NCBI RefSeq assembly: GCF_001194135.2
Contig: NC_068990.1
Location: 31,502,831-31,566,830, forward strand
Direction: 5' to 3'
Origin: Octopus bimaculoides
Taxonomy: Eukaryota
Length of the DNA stretch: 64,000 nt
Positions 39,367 to 53,045 of the stretch are shown piece by piece. A program made the translations under genes and the position numbers. The notes beneath the pieces were generated by a model that made no database searches, had not been told where the DNA came from, and saw nothing but the letters and a program-made list of their open reading frames with translations. Each line of letters begins with the position of its first letter. Positions within the stretch are counted from its first letter, which is position 1.

Positions 39367-39466
39367 TATATATATATATATATATATGTATGTATATATA
39401 TATATANNNNNNNNNNNNNNNNNNNNNNNNNNNNNNNNNNNNNNNNNNNNNNNNNNNNNNATATAC

Positions 39467-39501
<35 letters not shown>

Positions 39502-39753
39502 CATACATATATATGTATGTATATATATGTGTGTATATATATATGTGTGTATATATATATATATATGTATATATATATACATATATACATATATATGTAT
39601 ACATATATATATATACATATATATGTATACATATATATGTATATATATATATGTATATGTATATATATGTATACATATATATTTATGTATATGTATACAT
39701 ATATAAGTATGTATGTATATATATATATGTATACATGTATATCTATTTATATA

Positions 39754-39812
<59 letters not shown>

Positions 39813-39843
39813 ATATATGTATATATGTATGTATATATATATA
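39367..39843. repeat. Long compound (TA)n/(TATG)n microsatellite containing an N-gap
   Basis: Seen directly; explains the seven YI-repeat ORFs. Confidence 0.95.
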
Positions 39844-41201
39844 AACTTTTTATGTAACCTAATTACAGATTTGTTTCCTGTATTTGCATATATTATAAAA
39901 TATCTTGTATACAATATTCTTTGTGAACTTCTACAATCAAAAATTTTCTTCTTCTTCTTCTTCTTCTTCTTCTTCGCTTTTTTGCTGTTGATATTCTTGT
40001 TATTCTTGTCAATGTTATTATTGGTTTCCTCCCCTCCTCCTCATTATTACTATTATTATTACTCAAGGAAGCATCTTAGACACTGCTCCAGAACAAACCG
40101 ATGAAATAAACGACTAATTTAATGACCTTGACTCCAATTTCCTTAAAATGAAGACAAGGCCAGAAGATCTAATAATGGAACACACTGAAAACCTCTTTGC
40201 ATACAGCCACAAATCAAACTACATTGAATTCATATTTAATTAATGAATAATAGATCATTTATATAAATCTTGTATATATACGCATTGATTTTATGAATTA
40301 TAATAATCACAGCTTTTAGTCTAATTAATAATTAAATGTAATTAATGATCATATCATCAATATGCAAAACAGTAAATATCCAAAATTTTTTATCACAAAT
40401 TTAAATTTTCCCTTTGTCTGTGTATGAGTGAGTGTGTGAATGTATATGTCCATAAATATGATTACTATAAGAGAAAGAAGATATCCCTTTTCTGTGTAAT
40501 AATTTATTGTCTGTTGTCTTTTGTTTTCTTCCACATCAAAATATCTTGCTACAATATTACATCTTAAAATCAGTTTACATTGTAGGACACTTTCTTTACC
40601 AGCTCTCAACTGAAGATCGCAATCACTATGATTTTGATATTTTCCGGTAGCGTTGCTATTGGTAGTGATACTAAGCACTATTATGCTACCAGAAAATGTC
40701 TATTTGGTTTACATTATAATATGGATTTTGTGGAAACTCCTCATACTACCAAGGAAAGATGTGTTTTCATGAGGTCTCTTTAGCTGTGTCAAGGACATGG
40801 TTATTTCTCTAGAGCTGGAGTCATGCCAAAGGCACTCAATAAGTTCTGTAAAGTGTAAGGTTGTGAGGACCCTTTAGTTTTCTTGATAACATTACACATC
40901 ACTAGTGGTGATGCTGTGAAAAATTGCACAGTATGTTCTATGCAGTGGTTGGTGTTAGGAAGGACATCTAGCCATAGAAACCAAGCCAAAAATATAATGT
41001 ATGCAAAATGAGCCACCGAGCCACCCCCAGTCTATCTAGGTCAGCAATACCTAGATAATATGCACTGACTGAACCATGATGATCCAACCACTTATTGCCA
41101 GCATAAAAGTAGACATAAAGCATGATGTGTGTTTGTGTGCATGCATGCATATGTGCATGTATACACACACACACACACATACATGCATACATACATATGT
41201 A

Positions 41202-41850
41202 AAGGTGCATTCCAGAAGTTTGGAGACCTTTTAGGAGAGGTAGTTACAACTGTTCTAGATTATTGTAATTTTAGTATATTAATACATCTGATGAGCTGAC
41301 CTACCAACTTTTTTTGATTGAAGGCGACAGCTGTAACAGCACTTTGAACACACCCTACTAAACACTTCTTGTCACAGCTGACAAGTTTACAGAATACAGT
41401 TGGAGCATGAAAACAATTTGGAAGCTTGCTATGCAATAAAGTTTTTGTGTGAAACTGGGTAAATATGCTACAGAAACTTATGAAATGCTCCAAACTGCTT
41501 ATGGATTAACTTGTATGAGCTGGCCATCTATATTTTACTGGCACAAGAGGTAAGGCAAAGCAAGTCTGCAGGGAAGCACATGATGATTTCTTTTTATGAC
41601 TTTAAGGGTATCAAAACTGTCCCTTACTCTCCCTACAGTCCAGATATACCCATTGTGACTTTTAGTTGTTCTTCAAGCTGAAGGAGAACATGGAGACAGG
41701 ACTTAACTATAGGGGACTTTCATGGGGTATTCATGAAGTGGCTGGAGTTCTACAAAGGATTCTACATTGAAAGAAACTAGAGTTTTGTACTTCTTTGAAA
41801 TTAATTAATGTCTTTTCTGAAAAAGTCTCAAAACTTTTGAAATACACCTT
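41202..41850 (+). mobile_element. Multiply deleted mariner element with both TIRs
   Basis: AAGGTGCATTCCAGAAGTTTGGAGACCTTTT versus the reverse complement of the right end AAGGTGTATTTCAAAAGTTTTGAGACTTTT; CVKLGKYATETYEMLQTAYG; PYSPD. Confidence 0.88.
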
Positions 41851-42760
41851 TTATATTTATACACACTGGCATATATCTATACACTTATACATATAATACA
41901 GAGGATAAAGGAGCAAGATTCTTTTTAAAGTACACTAAAAATATAAGAAACATGAACGTCAATGTTTCAAGCATTGCATCAAGCTTAATGTTTGATTCCA
42001 TGTAAAAGCAAGTTTATACTGTTTGCTTTTTAGTGATTAGAGCTATAATTGCAATAACAATTTGATGGAAAATTTTATAAGTGAGCCAAAAGTGATATAT
42101 TAAATAATGAAGGAAATAGTCTCTTGCAAGGTTAAAATGTTTTAAATACTTTACTGTGGATGCTATATTTTGATTACTTCAACAACAGAAGAGTTACTTT
42201 AAAACAGTATGCTTTACTTTTGTCACTTATGCTTTTTGACAAGCACTTTGTGTTTTATTCAGCAATTGACAAGAAATTTAGTTGTAAATAAGTTCATTCA
42301 AGAGCTGTCTAGTCATTGTATTTACTGTTTGGTAACACAGTCACAGGAAATTGTATTTCAAGGTTTTTGTTTTCTTTCTCAGCAAGTTCTTGAAATTTGG
42401 AGAACAAAATTAAGAGGTAGTTAATTACCTCTATAGAAGCAAATAACTTGATCCCAATTGCAGAATTAAATTAAGATTTTTGGGACAAATATTTATTTTG
42501 AATGATTGTGGCTATAAATAAACAAAGTGCTTATTGTTGTATGAGGTCACTGTAGACTGGCAACAATGTACAAGTAGTTGTTTGTGCGTGGGAAGTGTAC
42601 ATGTAGCAGTTTGATATTAAATCAAAATTATAATCATTGAATACATTAGATAATTAGTAATACTTTAGACAAGTGCAGGTATAATCAGATGGTGAGTAAG
42701 CTTACTTTGTAACCATGTACTTCTGGGTTCTAACCTACTACATGGTCCATTAGTCTAACA

Positions 42761-43031
42761 CAGTGGTTCTCAAGCATTTTCGTTTTATTTTTTTTACTTT
42801 TGTTTCCTATTTTTACTCTACTGGACCTCCATAACCATTCATTGTATATAGAAAAAATCCTGTTGTATTTTTATGATTAAATATTATTTGGAACTGTATA
42901 AAAAGTTGTTAAAATATTTCTATATTGTAGAAATATAACCAATTTATTGCACATAAATTTTAACAAAATCTTATATGGACCTCCTTCTCCATATAACCAA
43001 TGGTTATATGGAGCCTGACTGAGAACTACAA
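42761..43031. mobile_element. hAT/Charlie-like MITE
   Basis: CAGTGGTTCTCAA ... TTGAGAACTACAA termini; no clean 8-bp TSD. Confidence 0.6.
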
Positions 43032-43369
43032 ATATGATTTGATGTTACAAATATTTTGGAATTGATGAGAATATTGTATCTTTTGGTATTGTAAATAAAG
43101 CTAGGGTGACAAAGGGATACTTCAGTAGGCTTTGGAAAATATGGAAGTCAGAGCTATCTACATTCAATAAAACTATATCTCACTTGCGCTCTTTTGTGAC
43201 ATGCATACCCACAAGTGGAAGTTTATTTATCTACCTGCTCAAAACGCACACAAATATGCATACATCAACTAATTCAGCTAATTACAGACCCTAAGAGCCG
43301 TCATGACTTAAGCAGAAGAGCTTTGCCCCTTTCTTAGTCATTAGCTTGAATTCTGTAGTGGTAAAAAAA

Positions 43370-43700
43370 GAAAAGAAAGAGAATAACTATGGACAACTAC
43401 TTTGAAAGCTCCAGCTTCTATATCCAGATTATAAATTCACATTTATACCAACAATAATCAATGCATCTGGTTTTGCAAGTAAATGCCTAAGTGACAATCT
43501 GGATAAGCTAGGCATTTCAGAGAAAGAAATTGACCAATTAACTCACACACTACAAATACAATCTATAAGTGGAACAGTGAAAATATGCAAGACTTTTCTC
43601 GAGTTTAAAATGTGACATTGTTTTTGTTATCTGTATTCCAATGAAGGAGCTTTGTATCTTTGTTAGAAACCAGATCCTTCCTCAGAGGAAGAATTTAAAT
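43370..43700 (+). mobile_element. R4/Dong-like LINE C-terminus (end of the restriction-like endonuclease) plus 3' UTR
   Basis: NNYGQLL*KLQLLYPDYKFTFIPTII...QSISGTVKICKTFLEFKM*; the UTR motif ATTCCAATGAAGGAGC recurs near 43893. Confidence 0.75.
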
Positions 43701-44005
43701 AATTAAAAACAGATGAGAACATTCACACACACACACATGCACATACACACATAAATAAGACTTTCCAGAAGTTTATCATTTAAGTATATATGGGCATGTC
43801 TAGATATGAAAGTATATGCACGAGAAGACATACATAAAATAAAGCATACAAATCTGCACATATACATACATACAAAAATACCCTTGTTGATAATGAAATT
43901 CCAATGAAGGAGCCTTGGATCAAGGTTAGAAACCAGTTCATTTCTATTGGCAAGAAATCTTGAAATAAAATTGAATAATGACACACACACACATTAAATG
44001 TATAT

Positions 44006-44237
44006 AGGCGGCGAGCTGGCAGAAACGTTAGCACGCCGGGCGAAATGCTTAACGGTATTTCGTCTGCCGCTACGTTCTGAGTTCAAATTCCGCCGAGGTC
44101 GACTTTGCCTTTCATCCTTTCGGGGTCGATTAAATAAGTACCAGTTACGCACTGGGGTCGGTATTATCGACTTAATCCGTTTGTCTGTCCTTGTTTGTCC
44201 CCTTTGTGTGTAGCCCCTTGTGGGTAGTAAAGAAATA
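44006..44237 (+). mobile_element. Young SINE E with a perfect 19-bp TSD
   Basis: ACACACATTAAATGTATAT at 43987-44005 and 44238-44256; CpG-rich. Confidence 0.95.
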
Positions 44238-44474
44238 ACACACATTAAATGTATATGCATTTTGTGACTGTTTGTGTCTATGTTTACTTGTGTAAATTTG
44301 TATGCTAAAAGCATATCTTAGTGATTCAGTAGACAGATACAAATAAAACATCTTAGACTAAAAGAAGTATAGGGATTGATATGATTAGTTAAAACACTTG
44401 AAAGCAGTACCCTAACGTGATTATAGTCTACTTACTAAAACTAGAAAATGAATTAAAAAATGATTTGCATTGTA

Positions 44475-44662
44475 ATACGAGCAATATCATTCATTTCCAA
44501 TATTGTGTGAGAATGTGTCAGGCCATAGGGAAATATTACATTGCCTAGAAACAGGAGAAAGTTAGTGATAGGAAGAGCATCTAATTGAAGAAAATCTTCT
44601 GCAATAAACTCCATCCTATCCATGCAAGCATGGAAAAAAGATTTTAAAATGGTTATGATGAT
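44475..44662 (+). mobile_element. Family B 3' module
   Basis: Collinear with 540-776. Confidence 0.7.
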
Positions 44663-47084
44663 GAATAAAAACACTATTAAGTAAACAGAGACATCTAACA
44701 CATAAAATTTGTATAAAATATAATGTAGCTAATCAAAGCCAAGGACCACCAAAGGTGTCATGATTGTAGAATGTTAACTACTATAAATTGTGTTATTTTG
44801 TACCCTATTTACAGATAATTCCCAAACTGGTGGATGTATATTAATCTACAACTAATCTATATAAAAGTTATTTTCCAAAACTGTAAAAAAAGGAAAAACC
44901 CCAAAACAAAATTTCTTGTATTGAGCAAACTTTTGAATCTTACAAACTACAATATGTAATTTTATTAAGTTGTAATTAAAGTTTTATATTCAATATTTAA
45001 CAATTTTAAATTATATGAAAATAGCGCAAATCCTAAAACTCCAAGCTATATGTTTTATCATATCTGTTTTATTTATCTTTTTGTGAGAATCCTAACAGTT
45101 GTTTTAGTCTGTCATCCCTGCCAAGTCTAAATAACAATAATAATATACTGGGTTGATTCAATGAAATATATTTTCTTACTGTGTAAAATGTAGCCTTCTT
45201 TATTGTCAAAAGAAATCAATATTCTAAATTTAAACAGCTTTTATTTTCAATTTATATTCATTGATTACTACAATAAAATATATAATATGCAAGAAATTGA
45301 AGGGATTATTATTTTGCATGTTAGAATTCTAAGATATATAAAAAAAAAACCCTTCCAAATCACAAATTGAGGTTTGTAATCCCTAATCATCATGATTACT
45401 TTACTGCTTATTGCTATAACTTTATTGCTATCAGCCACTCTGTCTACATTTGTTCTCATCATTTATTGCTGCTGTCTATTTTCCTTTCAATACATTTCCA
45501 ATGAGGTGTAATTTATTTTTGGATGTCCCATGTGTATTTTAATTAAAAAAAAAACCTTGTGGAGGACATAACCTCTACTGAATCACAAATTTTAGTTTGG
45601 AGACTTTAATTATGAAGTTTAGCTTCAAGGGAAGGGTTTTTGCTATTTTTCTCATCTCCTACGAGGGGCTATATGAAATATTTGTTTTCCCATCCCACTC
45701 CATCCCATCATAAAACGCTGCTAGAATCTCTCTATTAATATCATGCTATCATTCCTTTTGATTTCAAGCAACATCCCAACTGTCATAGAGAAACATCCAC
45801 CACTGTCTACATTCAATACCCCTTGAATGGTCAACAATTACTCAAGGGAATTAGATATAAAAAAATTAACAGCCTTATTATATAGCTCTTTTGCCAATAA
45901 AAAAAAAAGTAAATGCATACTATAAAAAAATGGATAAAACTAAAAAAAAATAATCTAAAATAAAAATTATAACCCAAAGGCTTTCTAAATTATAGAAGGA
46001 GCTGAGACCTAAAAAAAAAGTAGGAAAAAAATTAAACAAAAACAAAAAAAAAGATACTGAGAATAAATACAAACATGTGAACATATCAATTTCTGTTAAA
46101 ATTACTTTCCTACATACATATCTTCATCATCAGTGTGATGTGATAGATGTATGAAGTTTTATGATATCATTATCAAGCTAATACTATTAGTTTTATTTTC
46201 TTTTTCTTACTTTGATTACAGTTGTTTTAGCTGTTATTATTGTTATTGTTGTCATTGTCAATCCCACTTGCATCACACACCCAAACCCTCTCCAATACCA
46301 CAGAACTATCAATAATTATTATAATCTTATTAAAAGCAAAAAGGCTTCATACTATTGAAAAATAAATGAAAAATATAATAAAAAAAATTTCTATTTTTTT
46401 AGTTCTCTCTTGTTTATGTAATTTTGTTTCTTTTCTTCTTTAGTTTGTTTTTTTTTTCCTCCTAGTCTTGCACATGCTCTTTCTCTGTCATTTTAGTTTC
46501 ATTCGATCTGTTTTTAGCTTTTCTATGTTTGCTTTTTTATTTTAATTTCTCTTCATCCATTTTTTTGCTTTTTTGCTTTCTCTTACTCAGTTTCCCTTTT
46601 CCTATGTTTCTTTCTTGTCTATTTCTATTAATGATTTAGTTTCTGCTCATCCTTATATAACTAAAAGAAAAATAGCCAGTAGTGAAAAAACAAAAGCTAA
46701 CAGAAATTATGGAAAAACTGAGAGAAAAATAAAAAAATTAGAAATTATTAAAAAAATCAGCTACAGAAAAGGAGAGAAAGGAATTTTGATGAAAGAGTCT
46801 AAGTTGGGAGACTGGTATGTCTTTAATGTTGCTAATTAATTCAGAAGAATTAGAGAGAGGTACAGTAAAAGGATGGATTTCTTTGAACATAACAGAGATC
46901 AGATTGATTTAGGTTATGTACAACAGAAAATTAATAATGTTGAGGAAAATTTTAACATTACCAATTCTGTTTAAGATAATGGTGGAATTTAATAGGGAAC
47001 AGATCAAAGATTCCGACACTAGAAAAAAGATAGTGAGTGTAAAATATAGATGAAAACAAGGAGAGAATTTTGCACAATATAAAG

Positions 47085-47132
<48 letters not shown>

Positions 47133-48419
47133 GAAACAAATACTATAGAAGAATATTTTTTAAATATGTAATAGAATTGAGAAGCAATATAAAAAGGAGC
47201 AGAATGTAGTAAAAATTAAAGGGAAAATAAATATATAAAGAACTCACAGACTATAAGATCATTTGAGAAATACTGAAATTTCAGAATTGTTATTGAAAGG
47301 ACAGAACTAATATTGTCATAATTAGGAACGTTTGAAGACAATAGAATGATCTTCTCCCAATATGTTGTTGTACAAATATCCAGTTTCAATTAAAATAGAG
47401 AGCATGACAATCAGGCTAATCTTCAATGGAATAAAACTCCCAAAGATAAAGAAAGAGTAATTATAGATAAATAGATTGTCCTATCTACAGGTCATATATC
47501 TCAATCCATGATCTATTTTCATCCACTTCCCCTAGATTTTCGATATTCCATTTAGTCTTTATACCTTTTCATTTATGTTTCCTATCACTTTCTATTCTTT
47601 TCACTCCTTTGTTTTCACAAACTGCTCTCTGCTGCTTTTCTTTACTAAATACCAATAAGCAAGCTTAAATGTTTAATCACATATTTATATCTATACATAT
47701 ATTTAAAAAGCTTTCTGATTTTTAAGAAATACTTTTATGAATATAAAGCATATCATCTAATCCAACCTTTGATAATAACATTTATAAATAAATAATTGAT
47801 ATATGTTATAATGCAGTTCATTGATTCCACTTATGATAGGAGTATGAGTATAGCAACTGAATTCGATCAGAATATTGTGTATGCAATTTATATATTCATG
47901 GTAAACCTTCTAAGTATTTTTCTTAGCTATAACTGAATTATCACTGAATTGTTTTCATATATTAATACTTACATGTTATTTCAGTATTTTACTGTACTTT
48001 CATAAGGGCTTGTAAGGAATCACAGAACATTATTAATTTCCTTTAGATTTAAGACAGTAGGTAATTAAAGATTTTTCTACACGTAAGAACAGGAATAAAT
48101 TATATTATATAGCTTTTCATTTATTTCCTACATGCTAACAGAAAATAGACCTCTTCTGATCTTGTTGGTAGAATAAATACGTAGCACATAGGTTACAAGT
48201 ACAGGTTAAAATAGGAAAGAATTCAAACATAATCAGTGTAACAGATTGCCATATACATGAACAATCAAGAGAAATTTTACATAATTGTAATTGGAATTAC
48301 ATGTACACATTTTCAGGTTTTACAAAGTTAACTGAATAATTTCTGTTGTAGAATGTGTTGATATATATTTTCTTATAAAATCAATGTAGACATTATTCTA
48401 TCAACACTAGATGAAGCTA

Positions 48420-48620
48420 ATGTCAAGAGGGAGAGAAGAGGCGGGGAGGGAAAACATAAAATTTGACAGCCCAGCCATTACTAATAGTGAGTTCTCTTTC
48501 ATAGCCAAAACATGGCTCACAGATTACTCATCTCTGATTGGTTAAAATAACATGTGACAATAGTGAAACTAAACTGAGCTTGCTACAAGAGAATCCCATT
48601 TAGTATAGTCACATGGCTAT
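48420..48620. promoter_or_regulatory. Candidate core promoter
   Basis: GC-box-like GAGGCGGGGAGGG at 48437-48449; CTGATTGGTT (reverse NF-Y CCAAT box) at 48534-48543; non-repeat context. Confidence 0.3.
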
Positions 48621-48945
48621 AATTTTCACTGAATATTCACTAAGAAAGCAAGTTTTAGAATTTACATGGCACACATGAGATTTTAAAGAAAATTATATTG
48701 TCATTCATTCACCTACATAATACTGATGCAAATATTGAGAAACAGTGAGGTTAAAGTTAAAATATTCATTCATACTTTCATTTACATAAAACACAAGATA
48801 TCAAACAATGAAAGACCTTACATGTGATGAAAAGAATAATAAAAAATTTTGATTATTCTTTCTTTTTTTCAATATATTTTTGGACTAATAAACTATAACA
48901 ACAGCAATAACAACAATAATGAGCTTTTATTCTATTGTTACAAAG

Positions 48946-49104
48946 ATCACGAATGAGAAAGGATATTACAAATATCGGTTGAGATTTACAATGAAATCTG
49001 ATGAACTTGTTATACAAATATTTATGATGAAATCTCAAGAGGAGGACCATTGCTTAAGGCCAGTCAAAGAATCTACAGGCTCAGGATTACCCAAACTAAA
49101 ATGG
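48946..49104 (+). CDS. Candidate exon: either 53 open codons (ITNEKGYYKYRLRF...LPKLKW) or a first exon ending ATG-G
   Basis: Strong donor TGG|GTAAGT at 49104/49105; weaker AAG acceptor at 48945; product not recognised. Confidence 0.3.
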
Positions 49105-49249
49105 GTAAGTACTCTTTCTCAGATGTCATTCTCTAGCCTATAAACATATGCTAACAGAAGGCTTATTCAAGTAGATAATGCTTACTATTTTCACCAACAT
49201 TCTACAAATTTACTTCTTCCCCTTCGCACGCTCCTTCCTATCACCAATC

Positions 49250-50600
49250 CATACTTGTTTCCAATGATGACCTTCTTCCAGTTCCTGTCAATTAAATTTC
49301 TTTCACAAAGCACTGGATATACCCTGACATTTTGAAGTACACATTAGTGCGTCACATTCCCCCCCCCCAAAAAAAAACCCTCTGATCTAGCCATCTATTG
49401 ACCTTTTGCTCTCACCTGTAACATCTCTCAGGTAATGGAGACAGCCATTAACAATGACATTTTCCAAAATCTCTCTCTCTCTCCTCACTGATCTCAGTAT
49501 TGCTCCCCAAGAACCAGATCCACTGGCAGCCAACTTTCTTATGTCTCTTACCAATGGTTTCTTGCTATAGAGAAGTTTACTTCTCTCCTTTTAGTAGCAT
49601 CCACTACACAGCTTCTTTCAATCTCTTTTACTATATAGACCCTAGGCAAAGGACAACTGACAGGCCTAAACAAAGTGGTGGGACAGTGTTCAAAATGGAG
49701 TTAGCTTATAGTCAGAGTTATTCCAAGGTTTAACTTTGTACACCACTCTCTTTCTTCTGTACATCAATGACCTACTTTTTGACATCCAACAAATATGCAC
49801 TCTTATGCAGATGACATGATTCTTCATTCTTCCTTAACTTACCCTAGTCATGTATCAACCACATGCAGCCTATATTCCTTCACACTAAATCTGCATTGAT
49901 TCCATGAACAGTGACCTTGTAAGTCTTCTGTGAGGCTATGCCAATCTTGTTTCTATAGAAAAAACTCAACCACTGCTCATATCAAGAAATTATCACCAAA
50001 CCATGTACCTACTAAACATGAACTGCATTCAGATTGAGCCATAACAATCATTCCTAAATCTTGGGCCTCCCTATCATCAAGTATCTCTCCTGGCAAAAGC
50101 ACATCCTTAACATAACAAAGAGAGTATCCCAAAGACTAGCTCTTCTCTTCATGACCAGAAATTATTAACTTCCAACAGCTGCTAACACATTACAAGACTC
50201 AAGAGAGGACACAGTGGAGCTCTGGGATAGTACTGCTGCTATGCACATAGGCATCCTGGACAGTATCCAGAAAAACGCCATCTGACTAAGAGGAATTCAA
50301 TTATTAACAGACATGTTCCAGCCTTTTGCCCGTAAATATGCTATCTTCACTCTTTCTTTCCTACAATACTATAATGGCTTCTGTCCCTTAGAGCTGATTG
50401 GTTTTTATACCTCCGTCACTCAGGCACCTCTGTTCTACTTATCTTTCTGGTGCATTCAACCCTGCACTAACCATCATGACCAGTTCTTTCTTCTCAGAAC
50501 ATTGGCTTTCAGGAATCTTCATCATACTTGCCTTTCCTGCAGGTGTTGATCTGCAACATTTTAAACCAAACATTAATGGTATCAAGCTAACTGATCTTGA
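49250..50600 (+). mobile_element. Old CR1-like LINE RT and 3' region
   Basis: LFLLYINDL; HSYADDMILH; WQKHILNITKRVSQRLALL; ILDSIQK; QYYNGFCPLEL. Confidence 0.75.
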
Positions 50601-51134
50601 AAGGCCTGCAAAAGATTTGGGCAATACCTCTTTCTCCAAACTCAACAAGTGAAAAGACACACCCATAGTAGAGAAAACTAACTGATAGTGTGCACACAGT
50701 GGGAGTGAGTCTCAAACCACATTGTTCTGAAAGACACTTCTTAACTACACAGCCATATCTATACCTATATGCACTTGTATGTATGTGTGTGTATGTGTAC
50801 AATTGTATTTAAGACAATTATGCACACTCAGATGTCAATAGACCTTTGTTGCAGAAATTGTCTTGAGAGAAGAATTTTCCATGTATCAAAATACATCACT
50901 GGGCTACAAATGATGTAGGACACATGCATTTCTGCGTTGTTACGCATCATCAGCTATGGACATTGAATCAACCTTCATGGCCCACTAAGAAATAAATCGT
51001 TCTTATATTTAAGTAGTTGATGTATGCTAAGCTTGGTCAAGCTGGAATTAATTTCCATATCCAAATGTTCACTGATATATAATTGTGTACACACATATAC
51101 AATTGTATGTATATATATATATATTTCAATCAAC

Positions 51135-51530
51135 ACTGCTTCATGTGTCTCAGTTCCACATAAAAAGCACCCAGTGTATTCTGTGAAGTGGTTGACATCC
51201 AGCTGTAGAGACTAAGCCAAAACAGACTATGGAACCTGGTGCAGGCCCTGGCCTTGCCAGTTCCTGTCAAGCTGTCCAACGCATGCCAACATGCAAAACA
51301 GAGTTAAATGATGATGATGATGATGATTATTGTTATTATTTAATGTCTGTCTTCCATGCTGGCATGGGATGGAGTTTTTGACAAGATCCTACAAACCGGA
51401 GTACTGTGTTGAGCTCCAATGTCTGTTTTGAGATGATTTCTACAGTTGGATATCTTTCCTCAGGCCCAATATTTTACAGAATGAATGTATTAGAAGCATA
51501 TTTTGTGACACTAGTAACTTGCAAGACAAA
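51135..51530. mobile_element. Two family-B-type tails in opposite orientation, joined at an (ATG/ATT)n tract
   Basis: Plus copy ends CATGCCAACATG..GTTAAATGATGATG; minus copy begins TTTAATGTCTGTCTTCCATGCTGGCATGG. Confidence 0.7.
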
Positions 51531-51589
51531 GAAAAGATCTTTGAATAGTGTGATAGTAGAAAGGGAGGTGGCTTTACACCAGATGTTGA

Positions 51590-52330
51590 CAGGCTGAAGC
51601 ATGACAGAAGGACAGGACAAGCACAGATGTTTTTTCTATAGAGGAGATACATGGCTACCCTGCATTATATAAGGGTAGATGGGAGTAGCTGGAAAGAAGA
51701 CAATGATGGTGGTGAGAAGGTGTCAGAGTGTACTCTCATGATACAAGAAGGTGAGTATAAGAGAGAATACAAAAAAATAATCAGAAAGTTTGGATGGATA
51801 AATTCATTAAGGTGTGAGAGGTGAGTGACAAATGGTTAGAGATGGGTGTAGAGTGAAAGTATGGAATGGAACAAGGGTGGTTGGTCTTAAATATCAGTAT
51901 AGCAGGAGGAAGATGGAAAAAATAAGAATTGCTCAGGAAAGAGGAAGCGATAAATGGCATTACAAGAAGGGAAGAGAGCAACAACATCAGTATGTAGATC
52001 AGAAAATGTAGATGACATGCAGGGTGGAGGAGTTGGATAGAGCATGAGAAACAGATGTACAGTGGCAGAGATAGATGTGAGAGGTACATAGAGATGGCTA
52101 TAGTGAGTGGTGGAGTCAGGGGCAGATATGCCAGAGCATACAAATGAAAGCAGATAAGAGAAGGTGTTAAAGATATGGTAATAGCAATCCTAACATGTAT
52201 CACAAGGAGACACAGAAAGGGTGATTAGTACAAAAGAAAATGGGGATATTGGGAATGAGGGATGAGTTTTAAAAGGAAGGGGTCCCATGGAAAGGGGGTG
52301 GTAACTGGTAGCACAAAGGAGAATAAAAAA
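51590..52330. mobile_element. Repeat family C body, purine-rich strand
   Basis: Reverse complement of about 22320-23230, without the 165-bp insert. Confidence 0.72.
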
Positions 52331-52499
52331 TGTTCATATTCTGCTCATGATTATAGCTGCTTAATAGTGCTGAAGTTGGAAGAGTGAATAGGTGCTAGGA
52401 AGATGAGAGGCAAGGAAGGTTTGATGGGGACAGATTGAATGCAGGGAAAGGGACCGGTGAGTGTATAAGCATACATATAATGCTTTTAGGATCTCACTA

Positions 52500-52890
52500 C
52501 CATTGAAATGCATGTGTCTTCTCAAGAACAGTGAGTCACCAGTCATTTCAGCCCTGGGTCATCTCCCCAAGAACCTCAACTTCATCCTATATCCTTCTGA
52601 GTTTCCATATTCCTCACTGTGCTTCCAGAAACCGTTTTACTGAGATGGGCAGGTCTTCTCAATTACTGCATATCACAAGTCATCTTGGTCCTCTGTCCTC
52701 TTCTCCATGAGGTCCTGAGATCAGCCTTCACTAACTCAACCGATATCTTCTTGAGTCTTCATCTTCTGCAAGCACCATCCACATTAAGTGATATGCATAT
52801 AAATGACTCGATGCCCTGAAACTGCCCTTTCAACTTTGTTCTACTATACCTGAATCAGCTTGTCCACTACATTGCCTGTAACCAACTCTT
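52500..52890 (-). mobile_element. Decayed RTE C-terminus / 3' end
   Basis: Minus-strand VKADLRT segment resembles the RTE C-terminus. Confidence 0.45.
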
Positions 52891-53003
52891 ATTTCTATGG
52901 ATTCTGTATCCCTGCACTTAACATTGAAGTTTAAGCACTAGGTTTGGTCTAAGCACTTACTGTATGTATCTCTTATATTATATGTCTTTTGACAGTTTCT
53001 TTC

Positions 53004-53045
<42 letters not shown>

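Noticed and set aside
2847-39460. N runs at 2847-2856, 15963-16124, 24906-25148, 27808-27870 and 39407-39460
   Set aside because: Assembly gaps adjoining microsatellites, not biology
46380-46800. Abrupt switch from T-rich to A-rich sequence suggesting a hairpin
   Set aside because: Low-complexity complementarity only; no specific alignment of the arms
47140-47460. Possible LINE ORF1 zinc-knuckle remnant
   Set aside because: Too decayed to support by eye
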